This document shows positions 1 to 13,921 of a stretch of 64,000 bases of DNA, one piece after another (position 1 is the first letter of the stretch; each line of letters starts with the position of its first letter). Source of the DNA: the human T2T-CHM13v2.0 reference genome, Homo sapiens. Location: assembly GCF_009914755.1 (NCBI RefSeq), contig NC_060947.1; one strand, given 5' to 3'. The notes under the pieces are model-generated. The model did no database searches. It was not told where the DNA came from and saw only the letters and a list, made by a program, of their open reading frames with translations. Made by a program: the position numbers and the translations under genes.

Positions 1-246
<246 letters not shown>

Positions 247-2061
247 TCAAATCGTTTCAAATATTAATAGTAAACATCCCAACACTCCTCATGATTCAAT
301 GTTTTAGGCCGGGGATGTGTGTGTTACACAGTATTTGAGAGCTGCTTTTATCTTTCCCAAACCATTCTTCAGAAATTACTTGTTCTGATCTTTCAGGAAA
401 AAAAAAAAAAAATCAAAACTTCACAACAAAGTAAAAAGATAAACATCTGACCTTATAATAGCATGTTAGAACATTTTCAATTGACCCCATTGAAAGTTAT
501 TGACACTCCCGGGAAATGTACTTTTTCTGATCATCAAGGCCCAGATGTTCTATGACACCTTAAATTGTAGAACACTGAAGGATGGAATGATTGCTTTTTT
601 CTGTCTAATGGAGAATATAATATCAAAAATTATAATTTTATTGCCTGGTAAGATGGTGAACAGTTTTGTACTTAACCCTGCAAATTTATTTCAACATCTC
701 TGTCCTCAGTAATTATGTAAGTCCATATTTCTCAAATGCTTCTGAAGCTAGCTCTGTTACTTTTCTAGTTTCTCCATTCATAAACTGAATAAAACTTTGA
801 CATCCACTCATTACATATTTGTGTAAGAATTATATTATTAATAATTTGAGATACATGTTTTAAGGTTTTGGTAATTTTTTATAGATGGGATTACCACATA
901 AAGAACCACTGGAACAGAGATCAATCCTTGGTCAATGACGATCCCCACAGCACCTTTAGGATCTTTTAAGCATTCCTGATCTCCCTCTTCCAGGGCTACT
1001 GACACCAACTGTTGTGTTTTGAGTTGAGAAAAACAAGTGGGGCATATTTTCAGAGATCACATATGACAAAGTTTTAGGCAATTTTGGATTTTTAAAATTG
1101 GACACTTTTTACATGCCATTACTGTCTGCCAGTTAGAAACTCATGGGGACCTGGTGATTATCTTTCAAGAAGTCTAAAAGTCCTGTTTTAGGTGCAAGAG
1201 GTGCTCTGCAGATGAGTCTGGAAGACTCCACAGCTACCAGGCTTTCATTTTAAAAACTGAAGACTTGAGCACAATGTCCTAGCTTTGTTACCAGTGTTTG
1301 AGTCTAAAAGTCTGGAAAATGTCAAACATGATGTAAAGTATTAGATTGGCAGACATCTAGGGGTGTTTCTTTTGTTTAAGAAATGCTGTGGATTTCTGAC
1401 TGCCAAATTTTAGAGTGGATGAAAGAAGAATTAGTGTCATCTAGTGGTCTGTAACTCTTATGTCTGAAGAATGATTAACACCTGTATTTTCTAAAAAGTG
1501 GATTCGTTTGAAAACATACACAGTCTCAGAATTCTGTTTATTTGTAGAGAGTCTTCTTTTTTTTTGTTTAGTCTGGTTTTGCCTGCAGAAGTTATTGACA
1601 ATGTGTATAGCTGTACTTATATTTATATTTACTTTTTGTGTGTCTATGGCCCTATGAACGAACAAAGTACTTAACTCCTCCTCACAGAGGGAAAGTAATT
1701 CACCATTTCCAGTGGTCTACTTGAGTTAGTAGCCCTATGTATCTGGGAATGTCTTCGTGGGGGCCACTTTTGGGGATTAATTGAACATGTGTCTGTCATT
1801 TGTCTGTAATACAAGAGAACAATTCAAAAGACAGATTTATAATCAAACAGAAGGAAAATGCAAATAGGTATTATGCTAACAATTAGTCATCATAAAAATC
1901 TACTAACAAAAATGCCTTTGAATCAATTTTAATATTTGGTAAGTAAATGCAAAATTATATCTGGATCCATATCATAATTAAACTTATATAATACTCTTAG
2001 TCAAGGTAAATCCTTAGACACATCAGACTAGTTTGATAATTTTGATTTAAAAACACATATG

Positions 2062-2372
2062 GGCCAGGCGCAGTGGCTCATGCCTATAATCTCAGCACTT
2101 TGGGAGGCCAAGGCAAGCAGATCACTTGAGGTCAGAAGTTCAAGACCAGCCTGAGCAACATGGCAAAACCCCCATCTCTACTAAAAATACAAAAATTAGC
2201 CAGACGTGGTGGCGCACGCCTGTAATCCCAGCTACTCAGGTGGCTGAGTCAAGAGAATCGCTTGAACTCGGGAGGCGAAGTTTGCAGTGAGCCAAGGTTG
2301 CATCACTGTACTCCAGCCTGGGCAACTAAGCGAGACTCTGTCTCCATAGATAAATAAATACAATAAAAAAAA
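2062..2372 (+). mobile_element. Full-length AluS-type SINE with 14-bp TSD
   Basis: GGCCAGGCGCAGTGGCTCA start, dimeric Alu body, TSD TAAAAACACATATG at 2048-2061 and 2373-2386. Confidence 0.95.
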
Positions 2373-2429
2373 TAAAAACACATATGAATTATCTGTGATT
2401 TAAATATATTGTGGAAGATAATATAATCT

Positions 2430-2800
2430 ATGTTAGTTTGTGTCTCTCCAAAAGCAGACTCTGAGTCACAGAATTTGACTGCAAGAAGTTAATTTGGAAG
2501 ATGATGTCAGGAAACACTGCGAGAGAGTGAGAAATGGGGAGTTCATCTCATTTTCCCACTGAGAGCCAAAGAACCGGTGTAATATATTCACCAACTCCCT
2601 TCACTCTTGGCTGAGTGACGCCCTGAAGTATTAACTACTCAGAACATCTGGCTGATCCCACAAACAAACTGAACATGCTCCAGTAACTAGAAAATAATCC
2701 CAGGCACAGAGACACAAAATGCTGTCTGCAAGTACAGTAACTTTCTGTGGTGACCTCCAAGATAGGACAAGGTGATAAATGAGGGGTAGCAAAGCATCTG
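2430..2800 (-). mobile_element. Old ERVL-type LTR fragment (LTR16/LTR33-like)
   Basis: AAAGCAGACTCTGAG...TTTGACTGCAAGAAGTTAATTTGGAAGATGATGTCAGGAAACAC resembles the reverse-complemented 3' end of LTR16/33-type LTRs; right boundary uncertain. Confidence 0.5.
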
Positions 2801-3811
2801 CTTATATAAGCTAATACTTAATTATTTTGGAGACTGAGTTTGTCTTTTTCATAGAAATTCTAATCAATTTAAACTTTCTAAATATTTCAACCCTGCTTTT
2901 CATGACAGATAAGTGAATATTGCTTATACAATATATTGAATTATAATTACTGTGTTTCTAATCAATTATTGGTTTTCATGAATTTCAGACAATTTCTGCT
3001 TTCATTGTTGGTATAAATTTGTATATATTATCACTTGGACAAAGTATTAATATCAGTGATGTTTATGTTGGTCCACTGTACCAACTTAAATATAATTTTC
3101 AAGTCCATCAAATGACTTCAAGACCCAAAGCTATTATGTTTACTTACTTAATAAGAAAATTTTGTGACTTAATAAAAAAAATTTTGTGACATGTAAACAT
3201 TTTAAATAAATTAAAATTTATAGGGATAGAGATAGCAAAGGTCATCATGTAAAGTTTTTACTTATTTATACCTGTTTATATTTGCTCTTTGTAAAGCTCC
3301 AATTTAGATGAAAAACCAAATGCAGTATGCTTCCCTTATAAGGTTACTTATGAGGTTGAGTATATTTTGAGGTTAAAGATTGAAAAATTCAAATAATATT
3401 GTCACCTATTTATATTTGTGTGTATGTATGATACATACATTTATACTAATAAACAAAAGTAGCTTATGTATAGCAAAGAGGAAAAAACTGACAGTTCGCA
3501 ATTGATCTTGGAGTGTTCAGTCAGCTCTTAATAAATAATAGTAAACAGTGTTTTCTTCTTGACCTTCTCTGTAATAAACCCATATGGCAGAAATTCTTTA
3601 TCTTGCCAGAAGAATCTCATTGGATAAACTGTTTCCCATCATTAAACATGATATTGGCTGTTAGTTTTTCATGGATGTCCTCTCTCAGTTTGAAGGGGTT
3701 CCTACTATTTCTATTTTGGTGAGAGATTTTACCTGGAGTGCGGCTTTTAAATTTTGTCAAATAATTTATTTGCACTTGTTGAAGTAATGTGTATTTTAAA
3801 TTTTTATCATC

Positions 3812-4698
3812 TGAAAATGCAAATCAAAACTACAATGATATATTGTGACACTTCAGTTAAAATGGCTTATATCAAAAAGACAGGCAATAAAAATGGTAGT
3901 GACAATGTGGAGAAAAGGGAACCCTCATACACTTTTCACGAAAATGTAAATTAGTAAAACCACTATGGGGAACAGTTTGGAGTTTCTTCGAAAACCTAAA
4001 GCTACCACATAGTTCAGCAATCCCACCGTTGGGCATATACACAAAAGAAAGGAAATTAGTGTATCAAAGAGATATCTGCACTCCCATGTTGTTGTTGCAC
4101 TACTCACAATAGCTAAAATTTGGAAGCAACCTAAGTGTCCATCGACAGGTGAATAGATAAAGAAAATGTGGCACATACACACACAATTGAGTTCTATTCA
4201 GCCATGAAAAAAGAATGAGATCCAGTCATTTGCAACAACATGGATAGAACTGGAGATGATTATGTTAAGTGAAATAAGCCAGGCAGAGGAAGACAAACGT
4301 CATATGTTCTCACTTACTTGTGGAATCTGAAAATCAAAACAATTGAACTCATGGACATAGAGAGTAGAAGGATGGTTACGAGCAGATGGGAAGGATAGTG
4401 AGGGGCTAAGTGGGGAGGTGGTTAATAGAAACAAAAAAAAATGAAAAGAATGAATAAGATCTACTATTTGATAGCACTACAGGGTGAGTATAGTCAATAA
4501 TGACTTAATTGTCATTTAAAATAACTAAAAGAGTGTAACTGGATTGCTTGTAACTCAAAGGATAAATGCTTGAGGGGATCCATACCCTATTCTCCATGAT
4601 GTGATTATTTCACATTGCATGCCCGTATCAAAACATCTGATGTACCCTATAAATATACTACACATCCACAAAAATTACTAATAAAAAATAAAATAAAA
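3812..4698 (+). mobile_element. 5'-truncated L1MA (L1MA1/2-like): ORF2 end and 3' UTR
   Basis: ATGCAAATCAAAACTACAATG ORF2 C-terminus; 3' UTR GGATAAATGCTTGAGGGG...TCAAAACATCTGATGTACCC; A-rich tail. Confidence 0.9.
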
Positions 4699-5248
4699 TG
4701 TTATTCCCTGAGTATGATGAGTTACAGTGATTGTTTTTAAATGTTAAACCAACCTTGAATTTTTGGAATTAAACCCTACTTGGTCATGATTCATCACCCT
4801 TTTTATGTATTGCTATCTATTTGTTCATACTTTGTTGAAAATTTTTGTTTCTGTATTCATGAGGGATATTGGTTTGAAATGTTCTTTTTTAAAAAAAATT
4901 CTATGTAAGGTTTGGTATTAGAGTTATGTTTGCTTACTAAAAGATTGAGAAGTGATCCTTCTTCTATTTTCTGCTGAAGTTTAAGATTGGTATTATTTCT
5001 TCCTTGAATGAGAGAATTCAACAGCAGGGTTATTTTCAATGTTTTTGATACATTTTTTATAAATGACAAATTTCTTTATGAATTTACAAACTCAATTGAT
5101 ATGAGGATATTCATGTTCTTTGTTTCTGAAGTTGTTAATTTTTCTTAATTGTCTTTTTCAAAAATGTTGGTTATTTTGCCAAAGTTATCAAATTGTTGCC
5201 ATAAAGTTGCTCATATTATTCTATTATCTTTTTAATATCTGAAAGATC

Positions 5249-5853
5249 TGTAAACAAAAAATAAATTCCTAAGGTCCCCCAACCATTTGAATGGGCTTCC
5301 TCCTCAGCCAGAGCAGTCTTAAAATTTCATTTCACCTGAAAGACTGGTTCAGGCCATGACATGAGCTGGGGGGTTGGACATGCCTCATTATAGCTCTCTG
5401 CCATTAACATCAACACAGACTTTAAGTCTGATAAAAAACATTTTACAATCTGTTCTCTCTGAAGCCTATTACCTGAAGATTTCCTCTGCAATTAAGAACT
5501 TTGGTCTCCCCAGTCCTTTATCTTATCACAGACATTCCTTTCTGTTGACCACAGGTCTTTAGATAAACTCAACCAATTGTCAACCAGAAAATTTGTAAAT
5601 ATACCTATAAGCTGGAAGCCCCTACCACTTCGAGTTGTCTTGCCTTTTTGGAACAAACCAATGTGTTTCTTAAATGTATTTGATTGATGTCTCATGCCTT
5701 TCTGAAATATATAAAACCAACCTGCACGCTGACCACCTTGGGCACATGTTCTCAGGACCTCCCAAGACCTGTATCACAGGCCATGGTCACTTCTATTTGG
5801 CTCAGAATAAATCTCTTCAAATATTTTACAGAGTTTGACTCTTTTTGTCGACA
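5249..5853 (+). mobile_element. Solo ERV1 LTR, MER4 family (MER4B/D/E-like)
   Basis: TGTAAACAAAAAATAAATTCCTAAGG start, CAGAATAAATCTCTTCAAATATTTTACAGAGTTTGACTC...CGACA end, perfect 4-bp TSD GATC (5245-5248 and 5854-5857). Confidence 0.9.
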
Positions 5854-6104
5854 GATCTATGGTGATAACCACTTACTTTATTTTGGATATTGGTGATTTG
5901 TGTTTTCTCACATTTTTCCATGATCAGTCTAGCTAGGAGTTTGCCCATTTTGTTGACATTTTCAAATAACCAGCTCTTGGCTGTGTCAATTGTTAAATTA
6001 TCTTTGTGCTTTATATTATATTATTTTTAGCTCTTGTCATTACTATTGGTTTTCCTGCCTTTTTTTCTTTTACTTTACTCATATATATTTAATTTCTAAT
6101 ATTC

Positions 6105-6555
6105 TTAAATTTTTAATTTTTGGGGGCACACAGTAGGTGTACATATTTATGGGGTACATGAGATGTTTTGATATAGACATACAATGTGAAATAATAATAC
6201 ATTATGATGAATGGGGTATCTACCCCCTCAAACATGTACCCTTTGGGTTATAAACAATTCAGTTACACTTTTTTAGTTACTTTTAAATGTACAATTAAAT
6301 TATTATTGACTAGAGTTACTCTGTTGTGCTGTCAAATAGTAGGTCTTACTCATTCTTTTTAACTGTTTTTTTTTTTTGTAACCATTAACCATCCCCACTT
6401 ACCTCATCCACTACCCTTCGGAGCCTCTGGTAACAATACTTCTACTCTCTATGTCCATGAGTTCAATTACTCATTGAATTTTTAATTTTTAGATTCCACC
6501 CATAAGTAAGAACACATGATGTTTATCTTAGTGTTTGGTTTATTTTACTTCATAT
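6105..6555 (-). mobile_element. Short L1MA 3' UTR fragment
   Basis: GTAGGTGTACATATTTATGGGGTACATGAGATGTTTTGATA is the antisense L1MA 3' terminus. Confidence 0.85.
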
Positions 6556-7493
6556 AAGGGAAATATGCTCATATTTTTTCAATCATATTTCAGTGTTTAT
6601 GATTTCCCCACTATATTAAGGTAGAAGCTTAGGTCACCAATTTTATTTTTTATTTTTTCAAATATGAGTATTTAAAGCTGTAAGCTTTCCTCTAAGCACT
6701 GTTTATTCTATGCCTCACAACTTTGATATGCTGTGTTTTTATTATCTTTTTGTTCAAAATATTTTCTAATTTCCTTTGCCATTTTATTTTTGCCCATAAA
6801 TTACTTAGAAAGATGTTGTTTAATTTCCACATATCTTGATATTATTGACCTATCTTTTGATTCAGTTTTGGAGAGAAAATATATTGGGCATAATTTCTAT
6901 TTTTAAAAAATTTATTGAAATTTGTTTTATGGCCCTGTATATTGTCTGTCTTAGTGAATATACCATGTGCGCATGAAAGAAACGTGTATTCCACTATATG
7001 GAAGGTTGGATCAGAGCCATCGGTGTTATCATTTAGATATTCCATATATTTACTGATATTTTGTCTAGTTGTTCCATTAATTGCTGAGAGAGATACAAAA
7101 ATCCCTAATATTTGTGGAAATTTTGAATACTCTTTGTAATTCTGTCAATTTTTGCTGTATATATTTGAGGCTCTAATGTTATTAAGCACATACCTACTTT
7201 TTATTGTTGTGTCTTCTTGATTAATTGTCCTCATTATCATTATGAAATGTTCCTCCTTTTCTCTGGTAGTACTCTCTTTCTCATAAACTCTATTTTACCT
7301 TATATTAAAAAGCCTCTCAAATGTTCTATGCTTATTGCTTATATAGCATGCTTTTTTTTCATATATTTACTGTAATCATAGCAGTGTTTCATAGTGTCTT
7401 ACTTATTGGAAGCATGTAACTGATTTTTATTTTTTAATCCTTTCTGAAAATCCCTACAATTGAAAAAAAATATCGAAATATAATTCACATCCC

Positions 7494-8536
7494 AGGAGTC
7501 TCTCAACCTATTCTGGTTCAGGGACTGTGTGATTTGCAAATTGTTTTTTGCTCAAGTCAACGCTGCTAAATTTGTCTAAGGTTTGTCTTTTAACAGATGT
7601 TGTTCAAAGTGGGATCTGAAGTAGAGCTTCTAGCTACCCCCAAGGAGCACTTAGTGAGCATGGTACCTAGAGGACTCACTTTGTCCACTGCTCTCTTTCA
7701 GCAATTAGCGATCATGGGTAAGTTCTCTCTGAGATTCTGAAGTTGCATGGATTTTCATTTTGAGCTATCCAAGTTTGGGCAAATGCGTGATCTAAACTGG
7801 GTGCAGAAGTCATGACAGAAACTGGACTGGGGCAAGGATCAGATTGGAACTGTTAATTAACTGGCTTGGATCCAGCTGGAGGACTCAGATGTCTGACTGA
7901 ATCAGACAGAAACTATAATTAAGTGGTAATACTTAAGAAGGTGCAAACTTCAGCTCTCATAAATTAGTAGGGATTTTCATGTCCCATATCTTTTGTCTTT
8001 TTTAATTCTGCGCTTAGGTAGGAAAAAAAAAACACTGGTTAAATTGACCAAGGGGAGTTGAGAGCCAAATCCAAGAATCAATGTAAAAACCAGAACCTTA
8101 ATTTCTGAAGAAATGAGTAATTTACCTTCTAGCCATGCCTATCTGTACATGCATAAGTATTAGGCCCCAGGAACAGCTAACACAGAAATCACAAAATCCT
8201 ACTACAGGTAATTTAAAATTACAAAAGAACGTTCCAAATGAACAACACTGCACTTTAAAAATTGCATTGAAAAATGAGGGCTCTTTAATTAGTCTCATCT
8301 AGTGATGACTACTGATGTGCAAACGCTTCTAAAAAGATTTCAATGTTTCTATTCTCACTTTTAAAGGACTATATAAAAGGCAAAAAAAAGTTAAGTAAAG
8401 AATTGATAAGAAAAATTAAGTCTGTTAACCTTTTGGCTTATTTATCTCACTCCAAAGGTGAAAAGAAAGCTATCCTGGATAAAGTATTTATAAAAGGTGG
8501 GCCCTCAGGTAAAGTAGGCTTGCTTCTTTTTCCAAT
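7494..8536 (+). mobile_element. MER57-like ERV1: last ~100 bp of 5' LTR (to 7595) plus start of internal region
   Basis: LTR end ...TTTGCTCAAGTCAACGCTGCTAAATTTGTCTAAGGTTTGTCTTTTAACA followed by a degenerate tRNA-Leu-type PBS (GATGTTGTTCAAAGTGGGATCTGAA). Confidence 0.7.
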
Positions 8537-9118
8537 TGTGAAAGGAAAAGAAATATTGGGACTCCAAACTTACTAAGCCAAAGGGAAAAGTTAAGCTGGG
8601 AAGTGGGTCATGAAAACCTGCTTCCTATTTTGGCTCCTAAATAAGATTGTCACAAAGACGAAAAGCCACCTCCCTCACATCTGGCCCACAAGTAAACTCC
8701 CTGTGGGCACCAAAATCTTCACCCTAAAGTGTTTCTGTTAAAGTTCACCATGGCAATGTAAATTCATAGCTTATCTTCACAGGTGTGGGGACATAGGACA
8801 GAACTCAAAGTCATCCCTCTGCGCACCTGTGACAAACGCCTATCTGATTGTTTCCTCTGCCCTGTTGTCTACATTATCTTATGTAAAAATGCAGAATCAC
8901 TGAACCAGACAAGGGCATGGCTATTTTTTCCTATTCCCCTCTCACATGAAAATTGTGTATTTCTCAATATTCCACCCTTTCCACTTTAAATATTGAAGCT
9001 CTCAAAATAATCTTTGGAGAAAGGCATACACCTGTCTCTCGGGTATGAGTCTTTAACTTTGTGAAATAAACCTCCCAGAATAATTGAGACTTGCCTTGGT
9101 CATTTTCCTTTACTGACA
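8537..9118 (+). mobile_element. 5' LTR of a MER4-group class I ERV (LTR49-like; subfamily uncertain)
   Basis: TGTGAAAGGAAAAG...GGGACTCCAAACTTACTAAGCCAAAGGGAAAAG start, AATAAA at about 9065, TGACA end, then tRNA-Arg-like PBS TGGTAACCACGGAGAGAT at 9121. Confidence 0.85.
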
Positions 9119-10049
9119 TCTGGTAACCACGGAGAGATCCTGAGTGAAGGTGGCCCCACCTGCGGCAGCTCTCCTATGAGTGCTGTGTCTCAATTGGGCA
9201 CTTTATAGCCTGAACCAAAAGGATGATTTCCTGAGGTCTGGGACAACCTTCCTCCAGGGATTCCTGACCTCCCAAAAATTTTTAATTGGGGGTCTCAGGT
9301 TTAATTTGCTGTTAAAAAACTTTTTTTTTTTTTCTGGGGAGTTTTTTGCACGGTTTCATCAAGGAAAGTGAACTTGTCTGATTCTGCACAGCAGCAGAGC
9401 ATATCACTTTGGGCCCCAACACTAGGTAAGGAGGTGAGTTGGGATTCTGTCTTGCAAATTCTCTTTAGTGATTAAAGTTAGTGTCAACAACCTACTGGTC
9501 TTAATTTCTCCTTACATTTAGAGCTCCCAGAAATCGTACAATTTGTGTGATCATTGTTCATTTTGCTTGCTGTTTTGTTTATTTGTTTCTGTCTTGTTGT
9601 GCTTTTTTGTTTTGTTTTGTTTTTGTATGTTTCACTCCTTCTCTTATTGGACTTGACCAACTCTAAACCCTCTAGCTTATGAGCATGGAATTTTCCACTT
9701 CAAAGAAATAAAAGCACTTTGTTCCTTTGAGCCTTTAGAGGCATTCTCAGATGACTGAGGATCACATGAGGGTGTCTGGGAGAAACACTCCATAAGAAGT
9801 GCAGAAGCTTTGAGTAGGTTTCCCCCACAGAAGAACACACTCAGGGTCTAATCTCAGCCAGTGGGTACATATAAGGAGCTGACCCCTCCTGCACCTTGAC
9901 CCCCTGACATACTATGCCAGGCAGGCACAACATGGGCAGACCAAACCTTTCCAGGGAGTAATGGCCCTGAAAAGCTAGATCCTCAAACAGCACATTTTAT
10001 GTCTGACATACCCCCCAAGTTGGTCAAATCTGAAGGAGAACTTTAAATT

Positions 10050-13000
10050 ATGGGAAATGAGGCCCCAAAGTTGGCTAAAACTTCCAGAGATGAGGAACAC
10101 ATAGTTCCACCTTTAGAAACTCTGGCCTGGATTATTCAAAATACTCATGGTGAATTGTCATGCAAATATTTAATCAAGTGGAGCAGTATACACAAAAGGA
10201 TTCTAAGTTACAACAACCTAGATGGGGATCTTTTGATATGCCCAAATTAGTGATCTAGGATAGACAATGCAGGCATAAAAACTGAACAATCAGAATGGGA
10301 AAGCTACTTAAAATGGCACCTAGAGAGTAGCAACAAGGGGGAAGATGGTCTCATTTCATTATAGGAGGTCAACAAATAACTTAGAAACGTTAACCAAGAA
10401 CTCTCTAATGTTTTATCTTTGTATCACTCCATCTTCACACTGCTATAAGGACATACCCAAGACAGGGTAATTTATAAAGGAAAGAGGCTTAACTGAGTCA
10501 TAGTTCCACAGGACTGGGGAGGCCTCAGGAAACTTACAATCATGGCAGAAGAGGAAGCAAACATGTCCTTCTTTATACAGAAGCATCAAGGAGGAGTACA
10601 GAACAAAGCAGGTTGTGGGGAAGCCCCTTATAAAACCATTAGAACTCGTGAGAACTCACTCACTATCACAAGAACAGCATGGAGGTAACCACTCCTATGA
10701 TTCAATTACCTCTCACCAGGTCCTTCCTATGACATGTGGGGATTATTGGAACTACAGTTTGAGACGAGATTTGGGTGGAGACACAGCCAAACCATATCAT
10801 TTTGCCCCGGCCCCTCCCAAATCCCATGTCCTCACATTTCAAAACACAATTATGCCCTTCCAACAGTCTCACATTCATTCCAGCATTAACTCAAAATTTC
10901 ACATCCAAAAGTCTCATCCAAGACAAGGAAAGTCCCTAATGCCTATGAGCCTGTAAAATCAAAAGCAAGTCAATTACTTCCGAGAAACAATGGAGGTACA
11001 GGTATTGGGTAAATACACCCACTCCAAATGGGAGAAATTGGCCAAAACAAAGAGGCTAGAGGCCCCATGCAAATCCAAAATCTAATAAGGCAGTCATTAA
11101 ACCTTAAAGATCCAGAATGATTTCCTTTAACTCCATGTCTCACATCCAGATCACAATGACGCAAGAGGTGGCCTCCCACAGCACTGGGCAGCTCCACCCC
11201 TGTGGCTTTGCAGGGTACATCCCCCCTCCCAACTGCTTTCACAGGCTGACATCAAGTGTCTGTAAATTTTCCAGGTGTACAATGCAAGCTGTCGGTGGAT
11301 CTACAATTCCGGGTTCTGGAGGATGGTGGCCCTTTTCTCACAGCTCCACTAGGCAGAGTCCCAGTGGGGACTCTGTGTGGGGGCTTCAACCTCACATTGC
11401 CTTTCTGCACTGCCCTAGCAGATGTTCTCCATGAGGCCCATGCCTCTGCAGCAAACTTCTGCCTGGACAACCTGCCATTTCCATATATCCTCTGAAATCT
11501 AGGTGGAGGTTTCTAAACCTTCATTCTTGACTTCTGTGTACCTGCAGGCTCCACACCACATGGAAGCTGCCATGGCTTGGGGCTTGTACCCTCTGAAGCT
11601 ATGGCCTGAGCTGTACATTGGCCCCCCTTAGCCACAGCTTGAGCTGAAGCAGCTGGGACACAGGACACCATGTAGTGAGACTGCACAGAGCAGGAGGGCC
11701 CTGGGCCCTGCTCCCAAAACCATTTTTTCCTTCTAGGCCTCTGGGCCTGTGATGGGAGAAGCTGCTGCGAAGGTCTCTGACATGCCCTGGAGATATTCTC
11801 CCCATTGTCTTGGTGATTAACATTTGCCTCCTTGTTTCTTATGCAGATTTCTGCAGCCTGTTTGAATTTCTCCCCAGAAAATGGGTTTTTCTGTTCTATC
11901 ACATTGTCACCTGCAAATTTTCCAAACTTTTATGCTCTGTTTTCCTTTTAAACATAAGTTACAGTTTCAGATCATCTCTCTAAAGTTGAAAGTTCCACAG
12001 ATCTCTAGGACAGGGGCAAAATGCTACCAGTCTCTGCTAAGGAATAACAAGAATAATCACCTTTGCTTCAGTCCCAGGAAGTTCCTCATCTCCATCTGAG
12101 ACCACCTCAGCCTGGACTTCATTGTCCATATCACTCAGCATTTTGGTCAGAGCCATTCAACAGATCTCTAGAAGTTCCAAACTTTCCCACATCTTCCTGT
12201 CTTCTGAGACCTCCAAGTCTCTAGGAAGTTCCAAACTTTCCCACATTTTCCTGAGTTCTTCTGAGTCCTCCAAATGGTTTCACCTTCTGCCTATTACTCA
12301 GTTCCAAAGTCACTTCTACATTTTCAGGTATCTTTACAGCAGCACACCACTCTCTGTGGTACCAATTTACTGTATTAGCCCATTCTCGTGCTGCTGTAAG
12401 AATATACCCGAGACTGGGTAATTTATAAAGAAAAGAGATGTAATTGACTCACAGTTCTACAGGGTTTGGGAAGCCTCAGGAAACTTATAATCATGGTGGA
12501 AGGGAAAGCAAATATGTCCTTCTTCACATGGCAGCAGCAAGGAGAATTGCAGTACCAAGTTGGGGGAAAGACCCTTAAAAAACCATCATATTTGTGAGAT
12601 CTCACTCACTATCATGAGAACAGCATGGAGGTAACCACCCCCATGATTCAATGACCTCCCACTGAGTACCTCCCACTACACATGGGGATTATGGGATCTA
12701 TAGTTCAAGATGAGATATGGGTGGGAACACAGCCAAACCACACCAATCTCTCTTAAAGAAATCCTCAGAATTCCTTACTTTTTCCCTGGTACCTTCCCGA
12801 CCTCAATTTACACCGACACTTTACCCTGATCTCTCTGAGCTTCCTGGACCAGCTCTGTTTCTTCCTTCTTCTGCATGTTTCGATCTACCATCTTCCCCTC
12901 CTTGTCTGACACTCACTAAACAGAAGGCAGCAGAGAGTCTAACTTCCAAGATCGTACCTCCTGCTAATTCCCTGGTATCCCGAGTGGCAGCCTCTCATCT

Positions 13001-13921
13001 GGAAGATGCAGAGAAGGGGACCCTGCAGTGAAATCTCCCATGATCACCCTGTTTCTAGAACAACTGGTGAAAGGTAAGGGAACCCTGGCGATTGTCTATC
13101 AACCTTGTTCAAAGGATGAGTTTTGGGACGTAGTTAAATAATTTCCTGAGCCCCATAAAGATGCAATTGAGCTGCCCATGAATTTGAGCTGATTATCAGA
13201 ACCTATGACCCAGGTCTTTCAGACCTTTACCAGCTGGTTCACATGTTGGTCTCAGAAGCTAAAGCTAAGGAATATCTGGAAAAAGCACAGTGGCCAGACC
13301 CTTTAGCAGACTTGACCCCTGAAGACCCAACACAGCCACAACAACCAGCTCCCCAAATTCCAAAAGACAGGCGTAAAGATGCACAGAAATGAGCTACTGC
13401 TGTGTTAAATATCATTCCCTCAGTGTTCCAAACGGTTGTGGATTGTAATAAAATCCAGCAAATGCTGCCAGAACCCAAATGAATCAGCTTTACATTACGT
13501 TATACATTTTGACATAACTTAGAGGCAATATTTGAGATGCCAGCTGATTGCTTTGAAAATAATAAAGATACATTATTAAATACTAGTTTTTAAAATGGAC
13601 TAAATCATGATTTAGTCACCCTTGTCAAATGCCACATGACAAATTGGGCCACAGCAGGACCTAATAAACTAGTAAACTTAACTGACCAATTATCCTGCAC
13701 TATGTTAAAATAGGAAAAACAAAAGACTGCCTGAGTTATGCATTTATAGTTAAGCAATTAATTTCTCAAACCTTTCCCCTCAGAAAAATGTTAAGCTCCC
13801 TTGGTCTGAGGATTCTTCCCTCCTAGTGTTTTACTAATGTAAACGACTGGGACACCTTAAAAGGGACTGACTTAGGCTGAAACAGAAGCAACAGCAGGAA
13901 GGTGCAATTCAGAAAGACTAG
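10050..13921 (+). pseudogene. gag: Degenerate ERV gag (MA to NC), split by THE1D at 10420-12745
   Basis: Starts MGNEAPK...PPLETLAW...SCKYLIKW (Gly2, possible myristoylation); capsid-like IRTYDPGLSDLYQLVHMLVSEAKAKEYLEKAQWPDP at about 13195-13300; decayed Cx2Cx4Hx4C knuckle F-Y-*-C-KRLG-H-LKRD-* at 13829-13870; TAG at 13919-13921. Confidence 0.8.
10420..12745 (-). mobile_element. Complete THE1D MaLR: LTR 10420-10799, internal 10800-12370, LTR 12371-12745
   Basis: Two similar ~375-bp LTRs (TGTAT...ACACAGCCAAACCATATCA) around a THE1 internal region; 5-bp TSD ATCTT/ATCTC. Confidence 0.92.

Larger units (their letters stand above)
3628..7465 (-). mobile_element. Ancient L1 (L1M) ORF2 remnant, interrupted by three younger inserts
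   Basis: T-rich antisense ORF2-like blocks at about 3628-3810, 4700-5248, 5854-6100 and 6560-7465; ORF 6842-7045 (EYTFLSCAHGIFTKTDNIQGHK) resembles the L1 endonuclease. Confidence 0.75.

Noticed and set aside
12165-12275. ~55-bp tandem duplication in THE1 internal region
   Set aside because: Copies are diverged and I recall this as a common THE1D-int feature, so probably not locus-specific
10615-12605. Many 70-130 aa ORFs
   Set aside because: Within THE1D LTR/internal sequence; decayed MaLR frames
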